From: the human T2T-CHM13v2.0 reference genome, Homo sapiens
Assembly: GCF_009914755.1 (NCBI RefSeq)
Contig: NC_060947.1
DNA: 64,000 nt
Reading direction: 5' to 3' (one strand)
Every line of letters starts with the position of its first letter. Positions within the stretch are counted from its first letter, which is position 1. The notes below the pieces were generated by a model that saw only the letters and a list, made by a program, of their open reading frames with translations, did not search any database and was not told the DNA's origin. Shown here piece by piece: positions 43,356 through 59,869 of the stretch. The position numbers and the translations under genes are program-made.

Positions 43356-43610
<255 letters not shown>

Positions 43611-43799
43611 CTATACATGGAATCACCGGTTCCTGACCATTTTATCGAGGGACTTTTGGAAGCCCTTCGGGTTCAGGTTCCAGTAAACAACGTACTACAG
43701 TTCAGACCCCTTGGATGTCAGGACTGCACCCATGGAGAAGAGCTGCTCTGAGAGCATCTGTAACCCTGCTATGAGGGGGAGCCTTCCACGGGGAAGCCT

Positions 43800-44930
<1,131 letters not shown>

Positions 44931-44945
44931 AGAAAACGGGTCCTC

Positions 44946-45095
44946 TCAGGAAGCTGAGGCAGGAGAATTGCTTGAACCCAGGAGGCGGAGGTTGCAGTGA
45001 GCCCAGATCACACCACTGCACTGCAGCCTAGGCAGCAAGAGCCAGACTCCGTCCCAAAAAAAACAAAACAAAAAAACAAAAAAAAAGAAAAGTAA
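44946..45095 (+). mobile_element. 5'-truncated AluS right arm with perfect 15-bp TSD
   Basis: AGAAAACGGGTCCTC at 44931-44945 and 45096-45110. Confidence 0.95.
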
Positions 45096-45129
45096 AGAAA
45101 ACGGGTCCTCAGTTCTCGTGAGAGCTGCA

Positions 45130-45190
45130 GGCAGGACTTCCTGCGCTCCTCGCTGATTGGTCGGCTCAGTGCACATGCGTGTGACGGGCT
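45130..45190 (-). promoter_or_regulatory. FAM9B proximal promoter motif cluster
   Basis: NF-Y-type GACCAATCAG on minus (ATTGG at 45156-45160), ETS core CAGGAAGT (45136-45143), NRF1/E-box-like TGCACATGCGTG (45170-45181). Confidence 0.55.
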
Positions 45191-45368
45191 GTGTGGGGCC
45201 AGGCCCCCTGCTGGCACGCCCTCACCCTTCCCCTAAGTGACAGCCCGTGGTTGCTGTGGACTGGGGTGGGGGTGGCCCTTTGGGGCCTCTGTCCCCACAA
45301 TCTTTCAGCTTCTCCTCCTGGGGAGAGACACAAGGACTTGGGATGGAGGCCAAGTGGACAGGGCCTAG

Positions 45369-46067
<699 letters not shown>

Positions 46068-46089
46068 TGAATAAATATTGCCTAAAGTT

Positions 46090-46680
46090 TGTAAATCAAG
46101 ATACAGAGTTTCATTATACTATTGAAATTATAAAGGCAGTCATCAGGAAAACTAATCCACAGCCTTAAATGCCTATATAACCAAAAAGAGCACACACAAA
46201 GCATACAAATCCTGTAGTAAAAGTTGGAAAATAAAGAAAATACTACAGAGACCATAACATAACATAAAAGAACAGAATTAAGGCCAAGTGAATCTGTTGA
46301 GCAAGAAATATGAATGAGATAAACTCGCATTCTAAAGGAAATGACTTCCAACTTGGATCAAAATAAAAACCTAAGTATATGCTGTATGTAAGAATGGAAT
46401 TAAACAAAATGATACAAAAAGTACATATCAGAAAAATATGAAGAAAAGGAAAATATGGATCTGAGAATTGATATCTCATGAATGTAAAATAATGCAAAAA
46501 ATAAATGAATAAACTAAAGGCAGAGTACACTGAACAAGAGAAGGGCACAATCTACTCTGACAATCTCACATGAATCATTTTGTGCTTAACACAGCATCAA
46601 TGTGCCTAAACCCAAAACCGTAGAAAATAAAAGCAAAACAATCAATGAAAATGAACAGTGATATGAGAGTTTAAGCTCCG
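46090..46680 (+). mobile_element. Ancient L1M fragment
   Basis: AAAACCTAAGTATATGCTGTATGTAAGA and other degenerate ORF2 motifs. Confidence 0.5.
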
Positions 46681-46881
46681 TCTGTCCAGGAGAGACCAAA
46701 TACAAATGTATTGTCTTGGATACAGGCATAGTATCTTAAATTGCTCTCTTGGCAGTAGAGTGAGCATTTTCTTTCACTTTCAACCAATGAACCCTCACCA
46801 CATCCTATAGTACTTCCTTGGCCACTACTATCTTCTATTCTACCTACAGTTTCCCAAAAGATTAAAAAATTAGAAAGACTT

Positions 46882-47171
46882 CATTCTCAGCAAACTATCG
46901 CAAGGACAAAAAACCAAACACCGCATGTTCTCACTCATAGCTGGGAATTGAACAATGAGAACACATGGACACAGGAAGGGGAACATCACACTCCGCGGAC
47001 TGTTGTGGGGTGGGGGGAGAGGGGAGGGATAGCATTAGGAAATATACCTAATGCTAAATGACGAGTTAATGGGTGCAGCACACCAACATGGCACATGTAT
47101 ACATATGTAACAAACCTGCACGTTGTGCACATGTACCCTAAAACTTAAAGTATAATAATAATAAAATTTAA
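46882..47171 (+). mobile_element. Young 5'-truncated L1PA3-like 3' end
   Basis: CTAATGCTAAATGACGAGTTAATGGGTGCAGCACACCAACATGG; perfect 18-bp TSD AAAAAATTAGAAAGACTT (46864-46881, 47172-47189). Confidence 0.93.
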
Positions 47172-47275
47172 AAAAAATTAGAAAGACTTACATTAGCAAA
47201 TAGGAGAAAAGTTTTCTTGTTGTTGTTGTGTGTGTACACACCTGCATGTAAATGTGTGTGTGTGTGTGTGTGTGA

Positions 47276-47623
<348 letters not shown>

Positions 47624-48462
47624 TGATCTTCAAAGTATCTTCAAAACTTAAATGTTCACATGATATATTTTTCACATTCAGTGTGAGTAAAGCATGGAAG
47701 GTAATGTTCCATTCTGGTGCATTAAAGCATAATGGTGTTGTATTTGAGAAGAGAGAAAGGGAGCTGTGGTCTGGAAACTGTTGCCCAGAGCACTGGAAAA
47801 ACCACCTTAGAGCTGTTTCAGGCTGTTTTAAGTTCCAGATCATTTTGAATTCCTGCCCTAGAAGCTATGCACACTCAGAGAATGAGTTCAGTCTTGACCC
47901 ATGATATTGTACTGAATACCTCAGCTACTTTTCTACAGATTAAATAACATAAACTCCTTTTACTTTTCTTCACAGTTCTTAAAATGAAACTTTAACAATG
48001 TCTCCTTGAAGGCGTTAAGAGTGCTTCAAAATTCTATCTTTCTTTCGTATTGTCTTTTCTTGTTGTTAGTTTGTTTGGTTTTGGTATAAAGGGAGCCTAA
48101 ATCTGGTTGCAGTTAGTAGGAATCTGAGAAGGCTAAGTTCAAAATCTCAGAAAGATTTTCTTTATATTTTCTATGTTTTATATTCCTTTCATAAATTCTG
48201 ATATGAATACTTTCCCAGTAAGAATATTTGTATCATGCTTTAACATTTCATTTATCTTTGTGTGCGAATTAGCATTTGTTTTATTAAAACAATCTAAATG
48301 TATTAAGGAATTAGATTATAGGGAAATTAAATTAAAACATAATTTAAAAGAAATTATTATATCCAGATACTGAAAAACAGAGGTATAAAGATGTTGTGAC
48401 CGGGTCCAGGAGGAAGGGGGTCAGGGAAAATGATGTACCAGACTAATGAGTGGCTTGGACAC

Positions 48463-48842
48463 TGTATTAGTCCATTCTCAAATTGCTATAAAGAACCAAG
48501 ACTGGGTAATTTATGAAGACAAGAGGTTTAGCTGACTCACGGTTCCACAGGCTGTACAGCAAGCATGGCTGGGGAGGCCCCGGGAAACTTACAATTATGG
48601 TGGAAGGTGAAGGGGAAGCAGGCAACATCTTCACATGGCGGAGCAGGAGTAAGAGAGTGAAGGGGAAGGTGCTACACACTTTTAAACAACCAGATTTCAT
48701 GAGAACTCACTCACTATCACGAAAACAGCAAGGGGGAAGTCTGACCCCAGGATCCAATCACCTCCCACCAGGCCCCTCCTCCAGCATGAGGATTACAATT
48801 TGACATGAGACTTAGGTGGGGAAACAGAGCCAAACCATATCA
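48463..48842 (-). mobile_element. MSTA/THE1D-like MaLR solo LTR
   Basis: TGTATTAGTCCATTCTC...CCAAACCATATCA with 5-bp TSD GACAC on both sides. Confidence 0.92.
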
Positions 48843-50435
48843 GACACAAAGTTGAGCTCTTCATAAAGCACAAATGTTCCAAACCGGAACAAAGGTAGGT
48901 TAGCATTTTCCAAATGCCAACCTCCAAAGACCTCCAGATTAGGACCTCAAACACGTTTCAAGTTTGTCACATGGCTCTCCTTTTACTTGACTGCTCTCCA
49001 GGAAAACCAAACTTTACCCCACATGCCTCTGATATTATTAATGTTCCTTCCTAGGCAGACAAATCCTATCAGAATTTCAAACCTACCCTAAATGTTTCCT
49101 CTTTAATGTAGCCATTCACCCAGTGCTTTTAAATATGTGAGACACTCTTTCTTTTTGCAACCCATTTAGAGCTTTTATCTGTCGTGGGAAATTTGCCTTA
49201 TATTGCAGTTATCTGGGAAGTCATATTCCCCATTAAACTACATCTGAAGGTCCAGAACAGTTTCCAAGGTATCCGTATAATATGGAGCACTCAATGTACA
49301 CTGACCATATTGAATCCAACAAAATTGAAATTAATGTAGCTTTTTATCTTTAAAACAGAAAAATAATAACGAAAAAGCCACAACTCACAGAGTACTTGAA
49401 CTTGCATCATTCTGCTAAGTGGCATTTTTATGAGTCCTAAATGCTCTGCACTATGCTAATGAAAGACAAGGTTGCAAATAATTGCCTGGGCCTCCCAGAG
49501 AGACGTTGGTACAGCATTCTGGCCTGCTAGTTTAAAAAAAAAAAAACTTTTTTCTCGGCCTAGAAAAACAGGTTCCTGATTTGTATAGTAGAGGCTAGCT
49601 CCTTTCTAAATTATGTGCAGACAACACTGGTCTGTATATTTGAAGTGAATTAGTGTCTTTATGTAATCCCTGAAGGTCTCCATAATTCCTTGTTAACACG
49701 ATGGAGTTTCTGATGTGCTGTCTCCCTGCACAATCACAGGTTACTACAGAGAATGGAACTCAGAAGTCAACAAAAACTCTTTATCAAGTATGACTACAAA
49801 GTAATAGAACTTAGATGGCATAATGTAAATGAACACTTCTTTGTCCTCCAAGTTATATGAGATGCTATACATATAGTACATCCACGCTATCATTGATCAA
49901 AATGCTTATGAAAGTACTTTCAGCAGCTAGGGCACATTCTTCTAAACATTCCTAAAGGTGGCAAATCCCCAAAATATGAGGGGCATGTGGGTTTTCTGAA
50001 TACCCAAAGTTGTTAAAAATCAATTATGGGGCCAGGATCCTAACTTTGGTATGTGTGTACGAACGCTTACACACTTGCAAGAGTGAATGCTTGTGTGTGG
50101 GCATGTGCACATGTGCATGCATTCGTGTGCATGGATATGAATGTGCATGGGTGAAAACATGCAGATGTATGCATGACATGTCTTTTATCTCTATATCAGC
50201 ACAGGAAGAAGCATGGAACAATAAACACTAGAATGATACATCTCGCCATCCCTGGGTGTGGGAATTTCAGATACATTTTATAACATATTCTTGTTTATTT
50301 ATATTTTCTAATTTTTCTATATGCATTTCTTGCTTATGTAAGAAGCAAATAAAGAGAAAAAAAGGAAAAAGGGAGACAAAGAAAAAGTATTTCTAAAACC
50401 TTCACAAGTTAATCAATTCTGATGAATGCAGTAGT

Positions 50436-50945
50436 CTATTAGTTTCCCACTGCTGCTGTAACAAATTACAACAAAGTGAGTGTCATAAACAATAAAGATG
50501 GATTATCTTACTGTTCTGGCTGTTAGCAATCCCAAATTTATCTCACTTAGCGAAATCCAAGGTGTCAGCAGGGCCGGTTCCTTCTGAAGTCTCCAGAGGA
50601 GAATCAGTTCCTTGCCTTTTCCAGCTTTTAGAGGCTCCTGCACTCCTTGGCTTATGGCCCCAATTTCCATCGTTAAAGCCAGCAACATCATGCCGATTCG
50701 TTCTCATGCTGCCAGCTCACTGGTTCCCTCTTCTGATTCTCACTGTTTCCTTTAAGGACCCTTGTGATTACATTGGACCCACCCAGGTAATCCAGAATAA
50801 TTTCCCCCATTTAAGATTAGCTAATTGGCAACCTTGGTTCCATGTACAATACTGATTCTCCTTTGCCATGTAAACTAATATAGTCACAGATTCTGGGAAT
50901 TAGGATCTAGACATCTTTGAGAGGCCATTATTCTACCTACTACAG
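50436..50945 (-). mobile_element. MLT1-type MaLR LTR
   Basis: TATTAGTTTCCCACTGCTGCTGTAACAAATTAC...GAGGCCATTATTCTACCTACTACA. Confidence 0.88.
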
Positions 50946-51544
50946 GTGGGTAACTGGAAAAAGTTGTGTTCCTATCACAATTTGGCTAAACTATATCATT
51001 TTTCAACACCTACCTTATTGATCAGCATATGGTAGTATTATGCTGAAGAAAGAATGTCAGTTCAACGGTTTTAATGACTCCCCAGACAGCCATTGCCTGG
51101 CTGAGACCTCTTGAAAACAATAACTATGGGCATATTTTGGGCTGAGTCACAGATACTATGGAGAAGCTGCTGTATCAGAAGTAGGAGCCTGAGGCTGGAC
51201 CACACTCAGACACTAATCAGCCAAATGCCATCAACCAAGACGTCACCATCCGTAAACTTAGCAATAAATGAGGAGGTTGGGTCATACACTAACTCAATCC
51301 CCTCTACTCCGTGATTATGTGACAATCATGCAAGAAAAACCTACACCCATCAGTGTCATCTAAAAACATCATTCCCATTCCTACTTCCAATCTATAATAC
51401 AGGCTTCCCATTCAGGCAAGGAGATTCAGACTTCATCCCACACACATTGAGCTCACACACAATTGTTTGACTTAGGAAGCTCCCATCAGCAATAATACCC
51501 TCCTCTTTCATCTCTACTGTATTCCATATTTTCTAGACCATTTG

Positions 51545-51975
51545 ATTTGCAAACATTTTTTATTGTATTTGTGATTTCTTCACACAGCAGAAGTTTTAAA
51601 TTTTGGTGAAGTTCAATTTATTACTTTTTTCTTTTTAGATCATACTTTTGGTGTCATATCAAAGACATCTTTGCCTAATCTCATGTCATGAAGATTTTCC
51701 ATTATAATTTTACATGTTACATTTAGATCTGTGATCCATTTTGAGTTAAGTTTTGTATATGGTGTGAGGTTTAGGTGAAGTAACTTTTTTTGGTAAATAA
51801 GTGCTCAATTGTTTCAGCATCATTTGTTGAAAAGACAGTCCTTTCCCCATTTTTTCTTTGCATCTTTGTCTAAAACCCAACTGATGACATTTGTATGACG
51901 ACATTTGTGTACTCAGTTTCTTCTATCTGTCCGTGTGTCCATCTTTTGTCCAATACAACACTGTCTTGACATTTG
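51545..51975 (-). mobile_element. Old L1M ORF2 fragment
   Basis: TTTGGTGTCATATC...GATCCATTTTGAGTTAA...CATTTGTTGAAAAGAC. Confidence 0.85.
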
Positions 51976-53657
51976 AAGTATGTTGTGTGGAGTTCATAGT
52001 TATCTATTGGAAAGTTGGCTACTTTTCCATTTCCTAAAATGCATTGCTCACATTTTACAGGAAACTGAGAAATAATATAAATTTGTAAATATAACTTTCA
52101 ACAACATTAAAAACATGGTCTAACAAAAGTGAAATTTAAAAGGACACTAATAGGTACTTCAATGTAAAATTCTCTGACATGTCTATATTAAAAACGCATT
52201 GTAAATATCTGATTCTTGTATATATACACAGAGTCATCATGAATACAGCAGTTATCAATTCAGGCTGACTTCGGCTACTTTTTACGGGCATCTCAATCAC
52301 CACGAATGGCATATTGTGGACTTGATCTTTCAAAATGAAGAAATACTCTTGGTAAACTCATGAACAAAACAGTGTGCGGTCTACCCTCAAATTATATAAG
52401 AGTTACAATCTTGGAAAAATCCAATGTATATTAAAATTGTGGGGAAAATATTTTTGCTTTACATAAAATTATTTATTTGTAGCTTCTGATAATTATGAAC
52501 AGTTTTTCACTTATTTGGATGTCAAATGCCACCTGGATTGTCATGCTGCATTGTTCAATGTATTTGTTGGACACTACCTCACTCTGCATAGGATGCACTG
52601 CAATCCTCTAATAATCAAGACAATTTAAAAATTACCCTATAAATACCCAAAAGTTCCCTAGCAGGGAACCACCAAGCTTCATTACAACTCATGGCCTTAT
52701 AATGTATTAAATATCTGGGTTTTACGACAAAAACTCTTTTTGTCTTGAATGATCTCTTCAACAACCTGAGTCATGTATAAAGGTTAAATAGTAGTAGCAA
52801 CTTGGTTTTTATTTCCAAAGCATTAAACACGCTGGGCTCTGATAAACACGCTTCGTGTGTCACAATCAATTAGAAAGCTATCCAGTGTGAATGAGTTTCT
52901 GACATTGAGAAATACTGCTGGCATCTGTTAAACAGGCCACAGAGATTGGGCTCCTCATACATACCACTGCCTTTGAGCTACATTCTCCTTCTAATACCAA
53001 AGGTAAGGCCAAGTGCTTGCAAAGACAACCGTCCAATAGGAGCTACCTATGCTTTGGGACTAAACATATATTCTATTCTCTTAATGTAGCAGGATTTTTG
53101 TGACCTTGGGACAATCTTACGTAGTTCAAAGATACAAGAATGGTCCACAACATTTCACATGTTGAAAAATGAACTCTATGGACAGCACATTGGCACATAA
53201 AACATAAAAATGGACAGATCTCATGAAAACCTTCCTCTTTGGCATCACATCAAATTTTAGTTTAGTTTGACTCATGCTTAGGCAAAGCACCCCTGAGATA
53301 AACAGTCTACTTGCTACTGCAACAGGAAAGTAGTGCTTGAAAGGGGAGGATGCCAAATTATATGTAGTGCAGCTATATAATAAAGAGTTATGAATTCCAA
53401 GCAATTTGGACATTTCTAAGGTTATATCAGAGGATGGTAACTCTGTGCAATTGAACAAGAAGGAAGGTGCATTTTTTGTCATTTCATAAAAGTTTATTGA
53501 CTGTAGCAATTCATGATATTAGAAATAACTGCACATTTAGAAGGGGGCTCTTAAGTAAAAGTATTTAAAATTAAAAAAAAACAATTTCCTGACCACAATT
53601 ACTCAAGTGTAAAAATTGAACTTATTTCTGCATGTGTTTCTTCTTTCCAAAAGATAA

Positions 53658-54399
53658 TTTTTTAAATTTTTTCTTTAAAAAAATGGGGATATATGTGCAG
53701 AATGTGCAGGTTTCTTACATAGGTATACGTGTGCCATGGTGGTTTGCTGCACCTATGGACCCATTCTCTAAGTTCCCTCCCCTTACTCCCCTACCCCCAA
53801 ACAGGCCCTGGTGTGTGTTGTTCCCCTCTCTGTGTCCATGTGTTCTCATTGTTTAACTCCCACTTATGAGTGAGAACATGCCATGTTTGGTTTTCTGTTC
53901 CTGTGTTAGTTTGCTGAGAATGATGGCTTCCAGCTTCATCCATATCCCTGCAAAGGACATGATCTCATTCCTTTTTATGGCTGCATAGTATTCTATGGTG
54001 TATATGTACCATGTTTTCTTTATCCAGTCTATCAATGATGAGCATTTGAGTTGGTTCCATGTGTTTGCTATGTGAAACTACCATTGACATTCTTCATAGA
54101 ATTAGAAAAAACTATTTTAAATTTAATATGGAATCAAAGAAGACCCCATATAACCAAGAAAATCCTAAGCATAAAGAACAAAGCTGGAGGCATCACACTA
54201 CCTGATTTCAAACTATACTACAAGGCTAAAGTAACCAAAACAACATGGTACTGGTACCAAAACAGACATATAGACCAATGGAGCAGAACAGAGACCTCAG
54301 AAATAACACCACACATCAATAACCATCTGATCTTCGACAAACCTGCCAAAAACAAGCAATGGGGAAAGGACCCTCCTATTCAGCAAATGGTGCTGGGAA
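53658..54399 (-). mobile_element. L1PA8-like insertion with inverted internal segment (minus 53658-~54075; plus ~54075-54399)
   Basis: 3' UTR and ORF2 C-terminus on minus (ORF 53853-), abutting upstream ORF2 on plus (ORF 54051+: [14 protein letters not shown]). Confidence 0.85.
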
Positions 54400-54454
54400 G
54401 GTGCATTTTTAAAAAAATATTTCATGAAGCATAAAATTCAACAAAAACACTTTG

Positions 54455-55217
54455 CGGTTTTTTTTGGGTTTTTTAAATTATTATACTTTAAGTTCTAGGG
54501 TACATGTGCACAACGGGCAGGTTATTTACATATGTATACATGTGCCATGTTGGTGTGCTGCATCCGTTAACTCATCATTTACATTAGATGTATCTCCTAA
54601 TGCTATCCCTCCCCTCTCCCTCCACCCCATGACAGGCCCTGGTGTGTGATGTTCCCCATCCTGTGTCCAAGTGTTCTCATTGTTCAATTCCCACCTATGA
54701 GTGAGAACATGCGGTGTTTGGTTTTCTGTCCTTGCGATAGTTTGCTCAGAATGATGGTTTCCATCTTCATCCATGTCCCTACAAAGGACATGAACTCATC
54801 CTTTTTTATGGCTGCATAGCATTCCATGGTGTATATGGGCCACATTTTCTTAATCCAGTCTATCATTGATGGACATTTGGGTTAGTTCCAAGTCTTTGCT
54901 GTTGTGAATAGTGCCACAATAAACATACGTGTGCATGTGTCTTTATAGCAGCATGATTTATAATCCTTTGGGTATATACCCAGTAATGGGATGGCTGGGT
55001 CAAATGGTATTTCTAGTTCTAGATCCTTGAGGAATCGCCACACTGTCTTCCACAATGGTTGAGCTAGTTTACAGTCCCACCAACAGTGTAAAAGTGTTCC
55101 TATTTCTCCACATCCTCTCCAGCACCTGTTGTTTCCTGACTTTTTAATGATCTCCATTCTAACTGGTGTGAGATGGTATCTCATTGTGGTTTTGATTTGC
55201 ATTTCTCTGACGGCTGG
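54455..55217 (-). mobile_element. 5'-truncated L1PA (PA4/5-like)
   Basis: ORF2 C-terminal peptide [16 protein letters not shown]; 12-bp TSD AAAAACACTTTG (54443-54454, 55218-55229). Confidence 0.95.
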
Positions 55218-55869
55218 AAAAACACTTTGTTAAGTTGAGGAGATGGAGGCAAAATTAGGGACAACATATAACAAATATATGTTGTTATAATATATATTTC
55301 AACAGTATTAGACCAGCATTAACAATATATGTCTAGTTAATGTAGTTATGCTAACTACTTTATACAACAGAGAACAAGAAATATTTGTCATGTAAGAGTT
55401 TTGAAAATTGTGTCATATTTTATATGGTCCAGGAGCATCTTGGTAATAGAATTATAAGATGTTTCTCTGTTATAAGTGTAAAATATATTTTTATGCAAAT
55501 AGTTTCCTGTTTTTTTCAGTTTGGCATAATACAGATACTTATGTACCAGTATTTGATGTCCTTAGAATAGATATTTTGAACCATAAAGTACAGAATAATT
55601 ATCTCACCATAACTTAACAGAAAAAGTAAGTTGGAAGTTTAATTGGTAGTCAATTTACATAATCTAAATCAAATGTCCTTATTTCTTATCTCAATAACAA
55701 AAATATGGGTTTAGTTTGGCATTGTTGAAAAAGCAGGTGTTTTTGTTTGTCTGAAAAATTATCCAGTTATCCTCATTCATCATTTGACTGTATCTTTGAA
55801 GACTGCCTGAACATTCTACATTCTTCTCAGTTAAGACAAAAAAATTAATCCAGGTTGCTCGAATTAACA

Positions 55870-56215
55870 TTTGTAGAAGACATATATACAAAATACAACT
55901 ATATAATATACATTTTTTCCAAGCATTTGGGAAATTCACGAGGATAGATCGTATGCTTGACCAGAAAGCAAGTCGCAAGCTATGAGAGTCCTACAGATTA
56001 TGTTCTCAGAACACAAAGGAATTAAAATAGAAATCAATTACAAAATAAGATTAATATCATACCTCCAATTATTTTCAAATTAGGCAACATACTTCTAAAA
56101 CAACAAAAGCCCAAAGAGGAAATAACAGCTGAAGTTAGACAATATTCTGAGGTGAATAATGAAAATAAAACATTGGATATTGTGGGGTACAGCTAAAACT
56201 GTGCTTAGAGGAACA
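55870..56215 (+). mobile_element. Old L1M ORF2 fragment
   Basis: ATACATTTTTTCCAAGCA...GGAATTAAAATAGAAATCAAT...CAGCTAAAACTGTGCTTAGAGGAA. Confidence 0.75.
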
Positions 56216-56867
56216 AACCTGCAGTGTCACTGAATGGATGTGCCCTGTTGATGTTTTCCACTTTTGTCCCAGGTCATCCTCATTCTTTGTCTTTTAGGGA
56301 AGTCCTATTGTCTCCTGAATCCAATTACATGAAAGCATATTTTTTTTCTGCCTTAAGCATAATTTTATGCCCTTCACTACAGACTTGCAATGCACAGCTT
56401 GAGGCTAAAGAATTGTCTAGCTATGTTTTGCTATTGTTTGTGTATTTCTAGATATTTAGTATCATTTTATTTTTCTTCGATCTACCAAAAACTGGCTTTT
56501 GTTTTGCTTTCTTTCTTCTTCCGCTTGACTGATTGCTTAAGGAACAAAATCTGACATATCATCTGATTAAAATGCCAAACACTCCTGTATCCTATCTTCT
56601 TCAGATATGCTTCAAAAACATCCCTTATATTAGCGAAAGTCATTCATTCTGCATCATTGTTTATAACTCACTCCCTAGCACAGAAAATAAGGCTCTTAGG
56701 AAGAAAAAAACGAAGGTAATTGTTGACTTTCCACCCCATCGGGGCCTCAGATAATAGGTGGAATTTATGCAATCCTTCTTTTGATGAATTACACACAGGA
56801 CAATAAGACCCACGCCATGCTTCACATTTTTGGTAATGATTGTCCCCCAGTGTTTGAGGTGGATGGA

Positions 56868-57499
<632 letters not shown>

Positions 57500-58083
57500 C
57501 TGGAGATAATCAATTTTCACCTATCCAGCATAAAATAAAACTCACTAGTTCCTATCCCAGGGGACTCTAATCTAACCTAGGTAGGTGCTATGCAGGTAGA
57601 TCAAGCACCCACGGATGGAGTAACAATCAGTCCTGGACTGCTAATGCTTGATGATACCTTGGAGATCCACTAGTTCAGAGAGCTTCACTTCATGCTCTGA
57701 AAGCCCCAGTAGTTCTAGGGAGTTTCTCGAGGGCCCCTGCGGGAGACTGGTGCACGGAAGAACGAACACCACCAACACCCTCTGCCCAATCATCTGGTTT
57801 CACACAATGCTAAGGAGTCAGACTGTATCTGAAAAGAAGGTACATTCTCCATCTTGCTAGACATCAAAGTGCAGAGATTCCATTGATTTGCTCTTTCAGT
57901 TCATTAGAGGCCTATCCAAGCCAAGCATACACATTTCCCAACATGGCAGGTTGTCTTTTGTATCCATATAGAGTTTAAGAAATACTTTGAGATTTCTTTC
58001 TCCACGTACTACCTCCCCAGCACCACTCACATCCCACCAAGTGTTTGAAATTTTGGGGGTGGCATTAGAAGTACATATAGTCT

Positions 58084-58383
<300 letters not shown>

Positions 58384-59869
58384 TAAGAAAGCATCTATTA
58401 CAATGTAAATATATTACCTGCAATGGATCACGAATCCAGTGGCCCCACGATTTAGATCACTCCCTGCTCCCCAACATTTCGAAATATGGGATGTGTCTGT
58501 GGCTGAGTGTGGACAGGAGTGAGTGTATGGTGACATGCATATGTGGGTGGATGTGTTTAAAATTCCAGTTGAATAAACCTACGTATATCATGTGTCGCTG
58601 TTTTCCTTGATATCCAGATAAGTAAATGTGCACCTCATTTCTGTGGGGACCTCAGGTTCCTACGAAATATCTCTTCAGATTCTGGAGTTGGGGCTGAGAA
58701 TCTCTGGACCATTGTCCATCACCTCTTGCCCTGAGTCCCTGCTCCTTGCTTGTTTTCACAGTAGGTGGGGTACTTCTGCTACCTGTTATCTATCTGTTAC
58801 CTGCTTGGCTCAATTCTACCTCCTGCAGGCACATGGGCCCTGTCCTTATTCCTATGGCACCACTAATGCAACCCTATCACATCTAACAGAACTTGCTAAA
58901 GACTCAGGGATTTTTAAAAAGGGAAGGGTAGCAGAGAATAAAAAAACTATAATACTTCAAACTGAATATCAGGTACCACCATACTGAAAGCCCATCAGCC
59001 ATTCTCACCCGGAAAATTCCTTATTAGAATCTTTACATATTTCCGGGGCCTGCCCTTACTCTATAAAGAATCTTTCATTCATCAAAAAAATATTTATTGG
59101 AAGCTTGTTTGCCAGACATGGTTCTAGATGCTAGAGGTTCAGCAGTAACCACACAAAACAAACTCCACCATCATGAAATTACATTTTCTATAGCCCTTCT
59201 TTTTTGAGCCTTTGAACTTCTGAAGCACCCCGGGCCAAAAAGGAACCATGGAAAATTCGTGTAGCTCTAGTACACCAAGAATTTTTTATCTCCCATTGTT
59301 TTAACCTCCTTCTTTCAATCCAGGCAAGGAGCTTTACTTTTCATTAACAAGAATAATTTTCTTAGGTGTTTTCCTAAATGAAAGAGAAGCTTCCACCTTG
59401 ATATGGATTCTACCTCCTCTAAAATGTTGAAACGGTTCTAGTGAAAATTTTAAATCAATGTTCCTTTCTCTACATTTGCCTTTTCAAAATCTTCCTCAAT
59501 TCAAATCATTCCTCAGTTATAATGTTAACAGTCACTATGAAATGTGCTTCTTTATGTAATGAAATATGGATGCCCCACAAAATATTTACATGTAAGCACT
59601 AAATAATATTTCTTGAAAAAGCCAGCCAGAGGTTTATAAGTGTATGAATTTAGATTATATAAGTTCACAACTCTAATTTATGAACTATTGACATGAGAAT
59701 ATATTTAAATGGTGATCTCATACCTATTAACCAATAAAAATCATTACAATAAACAAGCAAAAGGAATAGAGATAATATGTTTTACTCTGATACTCTCGTA
59801 TTGAATACTTGCTATTTGTATGACACTATGTTACATGTTTTAGGGGATGGAAAAGTGTCCTTGACCCTT

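Noticed and set aside
50050-50180. Degenerate TG/CATG alternating tract
   Set aside because: Decayed low-complexity repeat, too interrupted to argue for Z-DNA or function.
52050-52660. Possible DNA-transposon remnants (Tigger/Charlie/MER20-like)
   Set aside because: Family and boundaries could not be assigned with confidence.
53126-53509. 127-aa minus-strand ORF
   Set aside because: No recognisable domain, splice context or promoter; consistent with chance.
54051-55202. ORFs with clear protein similarity ([14 protein letters not shown]; [13 protein letters not shown])
   Set aside because: L1 ORF2 remnants of truncated elements, not host genes.
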